From the NCBI RefSeq assembly GCF_009914755.1, contig NC_060945.1: DNA of 64,000 bases; one strand, written 5' to 3'. Made by a program: the position numbers and the translations under genes. The notes under the pieces were generated by a model. It did no database searches. It was not told where the DNA came from and worked only from the letters and a program-made list of their open reading frames with translations. This document shows positions 54,801 to 64,000 of the stretch, piece after piece; position 1 is the first letter of the stretch, and the number at the start of each line of letters is the position of its first letter. Source of the stretch: the human T2T-CHM13v2.0 reference genome, Homo sapiens.

Positions 54801-57800
54801 AATTGACGCATCACAAAGAAGTTTCTCAGAATTCTTCTTTCCAGTTTTAATGTGAAGATATTTCATTTTCCACCATAGGCCTCATAGCACTCCAAATGTA
54901 CAATTGCAGATTCTACAAAATGAGTGTTTCCAAACTGCTCCATCAAAAGAAAGTTTTAAAACTGTGAGATGAATGCACATATCACAAATAAGTTTATCAG
55001 ACTGCTTTTGTCTACATTTTATGTGAAGATATTCCCTTTTCTATAATAGGCCCCAAACAATTCAAGTGTCCACTTGCAGATTCCACAAAAAGAGTGTTTC
55101 CAAACTGCTCAATTAAATGTAAGATTCAACTCTGTGAGATGAATGAACACATCACAAAGAAGTTTCTCAGAAATCTTCTGTCTCGTTTTTTATGTGAATA
55201 TACTTCCTTTTCCACCATAAGCCTCAAGGCGCTACAAATGTCCACTTGCAGATTCTATAAAAAGAACTTTTCAAAACTTCTCAATCATAAGAATGGTTCA
55301 ACTCCGTGAGATGAATGCACACATCAGTAAGTAGTTTCTCAGATTCCTTCTGTCTAGATTTCATGGGAAGATGTTTTCTTTTCTAGCATGGGCCACAAAG
55401 CGATCCAAATATCCACTTGCAGATTCTACTAAAAGAGTGTTTCCCAACTGCTCAATCAAAAAAAAGGTTCAACTCTGTGGAATTAAATCACACATCACAA
55501 AGAAGTTTCTCAGAATTCTTCTGTCTAGTTTTTATGTGAAGATATTTCATTTTCGACCATTGGCCTCAAGGCGCTCGAAATGCCCACTTGCAGATACTAC
55601 AAAAAGAATATTTCAAAACTTGTCCATGAAAAGTAAGGTTCAACTCTGTGAGATGCATGCACACATCACAAAGAAGTTTGTCAGAATTCTTCTATCTAGT
55701 TTTGATTTGAAGATATTACCTTTTCCACCATAGGCCTCAAAGTGCTCCACTTCCAGATTCTACAAGAAGAGACTGAAGAGAGTTTCAAAACTGCTCTATC
55801 AAAAGAAAGTTTTATCTCTGTGAGATGAATGCATACATCACAACGAAGTTTTTTCAGATTTCTTTTGTCTAGATTTTATGTGAAGATATTTCCTTTTCTA
55901 CCATAGGCCACAAAGCGGTCCAAATTCCCACTTGCACATTGTACAAAAAGAGTGTTTCCCAACTGCTCAATCAAAATAGAGGTTCAACTCTGTGAGATGA
56001 CTGCACGCATCACAAAGCAGTTTCTCAGAATTATTCCATATAGTTTTTATGTGAATATATTTCATTTTCGACCATAGGCCTCAAGGCGCTCGAAATGCCC
56101 ACTTGCAGATTCTACAAAAAGAATATTTCAAAACTGGTCCATCAAAAGTAAGGTCCTACTCTGTGAGATGTAAGCACCCATCACAAAGAGGTTTTTCTGA
56201 ATTTTTCTGTCCAGTTTTTATGTGAAGATATTAACCTTTTCTACCATAGGACTCAAGGCGCTCCACTTGTAGATTCTACAAAAAGAGAGTTTCAAAACAA
56301 CTCTATCAAAAGAAAGGTTTAACACTGTGAGATGAATGCATACATCACAGAGAAGTTTCTCAGATTCCTTCTGTCTAGATTTTGTGTGAAGATATTTCCT
56401 TTTTTACCAGAGGTCTCAATGTGCTCCAAATATCCACTTGCAGATTCTACAAAAAGAATGTTTCCAAACAGCTCTATCAAAAGAAAAGTTCAACTCTGTG
56501 AGATGAATGCACACATCACAAAGAAGCTTCTCAGAATTCCCTGTCTAGTTTTTATGTTCCTTTTCCACCTTAGCTCTCAAAGCACTACAAATGTGCACTT
56601 GCAGATTCTACAAAAAGGAGTTTGAAAACTGCTCAATCAAAACCAAGTTTTAAATCTGTGAGATGAATGCACACATCACAAAGAAGTTTCTCTGATTGCT
56701 TCTGTCTAGATGTTATGTGAAGATATTTCCTTTCCTACCATAGGCCACAAAGCACTCCCAATGTCCAATTGCAGGTTCTACAAAAAGAATATTTCCAAAC
56801 TGCTTCATCAAATGAAAGTTTCAACTCTGTTAGATGAATGCACACATCACAGAGAACTTTCTCAGAATTCTTCTGTCTACTTTTTATGTGAAGATATTTC
56901 CTTTTCTACCATAGGCCGCAAAACGCTCCAAATGTCCACTTGCAGATTCTACAAGAAGTGTTTTCAAACTGCTCAATCAAAAGAAAGTTTCAACTCTGTG
57001 AGATGAACGCACACATCACAAAGAAGTTTCCCAGGTTGCTTCTGTCTAGATTTTATGTGAAGATATTTCCTTTTCTTACATAGGCCAAAAAGCACTCCAA
57101 ATGTCCACTTGCAGATTCTACAAAAGGAGAGTTTCAAAACTGCTCTATCAAAAGAAAGGTTTAAGTCTGTGAGATGAATTCACACATCACAAAGAAGTTT
57201 CTCAGGTTGCTTCTGTCTAGTATTTATGTGATATTTCCTTTTCTACCATGGGCCACAAAGAAATCGAAATGTCTACTTGCACATTCTACAAAAAGTGAGA
57301 TTCAAATCTGCACTATCAAAAGAAAGGTTTAACTCTGTGAGATGAATGCCCACAACACAAGGAAGTTTCTCAGATTTCTTCTGTCTAGATTTTATGTGAA
57401 GATATTTACTTTTTTACAATAGGCCGCAAAGCGCTCCAAATGTCCACTTGCAGATTCTACAAAAAGAGTGTTTCCCTACTGCTCTATCAAAGAAAGTTTC
57501 AACTCTGTAAGATGAAGGCACACATTATGAAGTAGTTTCTGAAATTTCTTCTGTATAGTTTTTATGTGAAGATATTTCCTGTTCCACCATAGGCCCCAAA
57601 GCATTCCAAATATACAGTTGCAGATTCTACAAAAAGGGAGTTTCAAAACTGCTCAATCAAAAGTAAGATTTAACTCTGTGAGATGAACACACACATTACA
57701 AAGAAGTTTCTAAGATTGCTTCTGTCTATATTTTATGTGAAGATATTTCCTTTTCTACCATAGGCCACAAAGTGCTCCAAATGTCCACTAGCAGATTCTA

Positions 57801-59655
57801 CAAAAAGAGTGTTTCCAAACTGCTCAATCAAAAGAAAGGTTCAACTCTGTGACATGAACCCTCACATTGCAAAGACATTTCTCAGAATTTTTCTGCCTGG
57901 TTTTTATGTGAAGATATTTCCTTTTCCATGATAGGCTTCAAAGCGCTCCAAATGTCCACTTGCAGATTCTACAAAAAGAGAGTTTCAAAACTCCTCAATC
58001 AAAAGAAAGCTTTACCTCTTTGAGATGAATGCTCACATCACAAAGAAGTTTCTCAGATTGCTTCTGTCTAGATTTTATTTGAAGATATTTCCTTTTCTGC
58101 CATAGGACACAAAGTTCTCCAAATGTCCACTTGCAGATTCTACAAAAAGAGTGTTTCCATACTGCTCAATCTAAAGAAAGGTTCAACATTGTGAAATGAA
58201 TGCACACTTCACAAAGAAGTTTCTCAGAATTCTACTGTCTAGTTTTTATGTGAAGATATTTCCTTTTCCACCATTGGCCACAAAGCACTCCTAATGTCCA
58301 TTTGCAGATTCAAATAAAAGAGATTTTCAAAACTGCTCAATCAAAAGAAATTTTTATCTCTGTGAGATGAATGCACCCATCACAAAGAAGTTTCTCAGAT
58401 TGCTTCTGTCTAGATTTTATGTGAAGATATTTCCTTTTCAACCATAGGCCACATAGCGCTCCATATATCTACTTGCAGATTATACAAAAAGAGGGTTTCT
58501 GAACTGCTCAATCAAAAGTAAGATTCAACTCCATGAGATGAACGCACACATCACAAAGATGTTTCTCAGAATTCTTCTATCTAGTTTTTATGCGCAGATA
58601 TTTCCTTTTCTACCATAGGCCACAAAGTTCTCCAAATGTCTACTTGTAGATTCTATCTGCAAGTTTTATCTCTGTGAGATGAATGCATACATCTCATTTT
58701 AGAAAAAGAGAGTTTCTAAACTGCTCAATCAAAAGAAAGGTTTAACTCTGTGACATGAATGCACACATCACAAAGTAGTTTCTCAGTTTGCTTCTGTCTG
58801 GAATTTATGTGAAGATATTACGTTTTCTACCATAGGCCACAAAGCGCTCCAAATGTCCACTTGCAGTTTCTACAAAAAGAGTGATTCCAAACTGCGCAAT
58901 CAAAAGAAAGGTTCAAATCTGTGAGATGAACGCAGATATCACAAAGAAGTTTCTCAGAATTCTTCTGTCTGGTTTTTATGTGAAGATATTACCTTTTCCA
59001 CCATAGGCCTCAAAGCGCTTCAAATGTACACTTGCAGATTCTACAAAAGGGAGTTTCTAAACTGCTCAATCAAAAGGAAGTTTTAGCTGTGTGAGTTGAA
59101 TGCACACATCACAAAGAAGTTTCTGAGACTGCTTCTGTCTAGGTTTCATATGAAAAAACTTCCTTTTGTACCATAGGCCACTGAGCGCTGCAAATGTACA
59201 CTTGAAGATTCTACACTAAGAGTGTTTCCAAACTGCTCCATCAAAAGAGAGGTTCAACTCTGTGAAATGAACGCACACATCACAAAGAAGTTTATCGAAA
59301 TTCTTCGGTCTAGTTTTTATGTTGAAGATATTACCTTTTCCACCATAGGCCTCAAAGTGCTCCAATGTACACTTGCAGATTCTACAAAAAGAGAGTTTCA
59401 AAATTGCTCTATCAAAAGAAAGGTTTAAGTCTGTGATACCAATGCACATATTACAAAGAAGTTTCTCAGATTGCTTCTGTCTAAATTTTATGTGAAGATA
59501 TTTCCTTTTCTACCATAGGCCGCAAAGCACTCTAAATGTGCACCTGCAGATTCTACAAAAAGAGTATTTCCAAACTGCTCAATCAAAAGAAAGGTTGAAC
59601 TCTGTGAGGTGAACGCACACATCACAAAGAAGTTTCTCAGAATTTTTCTGTCAAG
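51821..59655 (-). repeat. Alpha satellite, reverse orientation, aaatgtccacttg layer with alternating dimer
   Basis: ctccaaatgtccacttgcag in most monomers; alternating cagattgcttctgtctagatttt / cagaattcttctgtctagttttt. Confidence 0.92.
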
Positions 59656-59950
59656 TTTTTTTTTTTTAAAGAGCAGTTTGGGTTTTATTTCTTTTCTTTA
59701 TGTTCATAGATTTATTTATTTATTTTATTTATTTACTTATTTATTATTATACTTTAAGTTTTAGGGTACATGTGCACAATGTGCAGGTTAGCTACATATG
59801 TTTACATGTGCCATGCTGGTGCGCTGCACCCACTAACTCATCATCTATCATTAGGTGTATATCCCAGTGGTATCCTTCACCCATCCCACCACCCCACAAC
59901 AGTCCCCAGAGTGTGATGTTCTGCTTCCTGTGTTTATGTGTTCTCATTGT

Positions 59951-63778
<3,828 letters not shown>

Positions 63779-63841
63779 TATGATGTTAGCTGGTTATTTT
63801 GTTCGTTAGTTGATGCAGGTTCTTCCTAGTCACGATGGCCT

Positions 63842-64000
63842 TTACATTTTGGCATGATTTTGCCACGGCTGGTACCGGTTGTTCTTCTCCATATTTAGTG
63901 CTTCCTTAAGGAGGTCCTTTTGGGCAGGCCTGGTGGTGACAAAATCTCTCAACATTTGCTTGTCTGTAAAGTATTTTATTTCTCCTTCACTTATGAAGCT
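63842..64000 (-). pseudogene. L1 ORF1 3' end (partial)
   Basis: The minus strand ends ...AATCATGCCAAAATGTAA (NHAKM*), the C-terminus of primate ORF1p, 63 bp upstream of the ORF2 start position. Confidence 0.88.

Noticed and set aside
59671-59681. GAGCAGTTTGG in the L1 #4 tag matches alpha satellite in the opposite orientation to its flank
   Set aside because: Only 11 bp, and the adjacent bases do not continue the alpha consensus; it cannot be distinguished from chance.

Overview
This window is primate (human/great-ape-type) pericentromeric heterochromatin. I found no host protein-coding gene, RNA gene or CRISPR array. (1) 1-15639 is a diverged satellite III (HSat3) array of CATTC/CACTC pentamers, punctuated by 14 same-orientation copies of a ~50-65 bp Alu 3'-end remnant. 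(2) An abrupt junction at ~15637 leads into divergent, CENP-B-box-free ('monomeric', A-type) alpha satellite. It runs forward to ~32223, flips orientation, and continues to 59655 as a mosaic of distinguishable monomer layers containing fossil 2-, 3-, 4-, 5- and 10/11-mer duplications and an alternating dimer. (3) Four primate L1PA insertions interrupt the alpha satellite: two 5'-truncated copies, one 5'-inverted (twin-primed) copy, and one long copy with a decayed ORF2 and the end of ORF1 that runs off the window. Almost all ORFs in the supplied track are reading-frame artefacts of satellites; the only real protein homology is to L1 ORF1p/ORF2p. I see no evidence for a new gene system. The points of interest are structural and evolutionary: the Alu-punctuated HSat3 unit, the junction and inversion breakpoints, short L1 3' tags, and a fold-back templated insertion. 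Coordinates and periods were counted by eye. Species, chromosome and subfamily calls need database confirmation.
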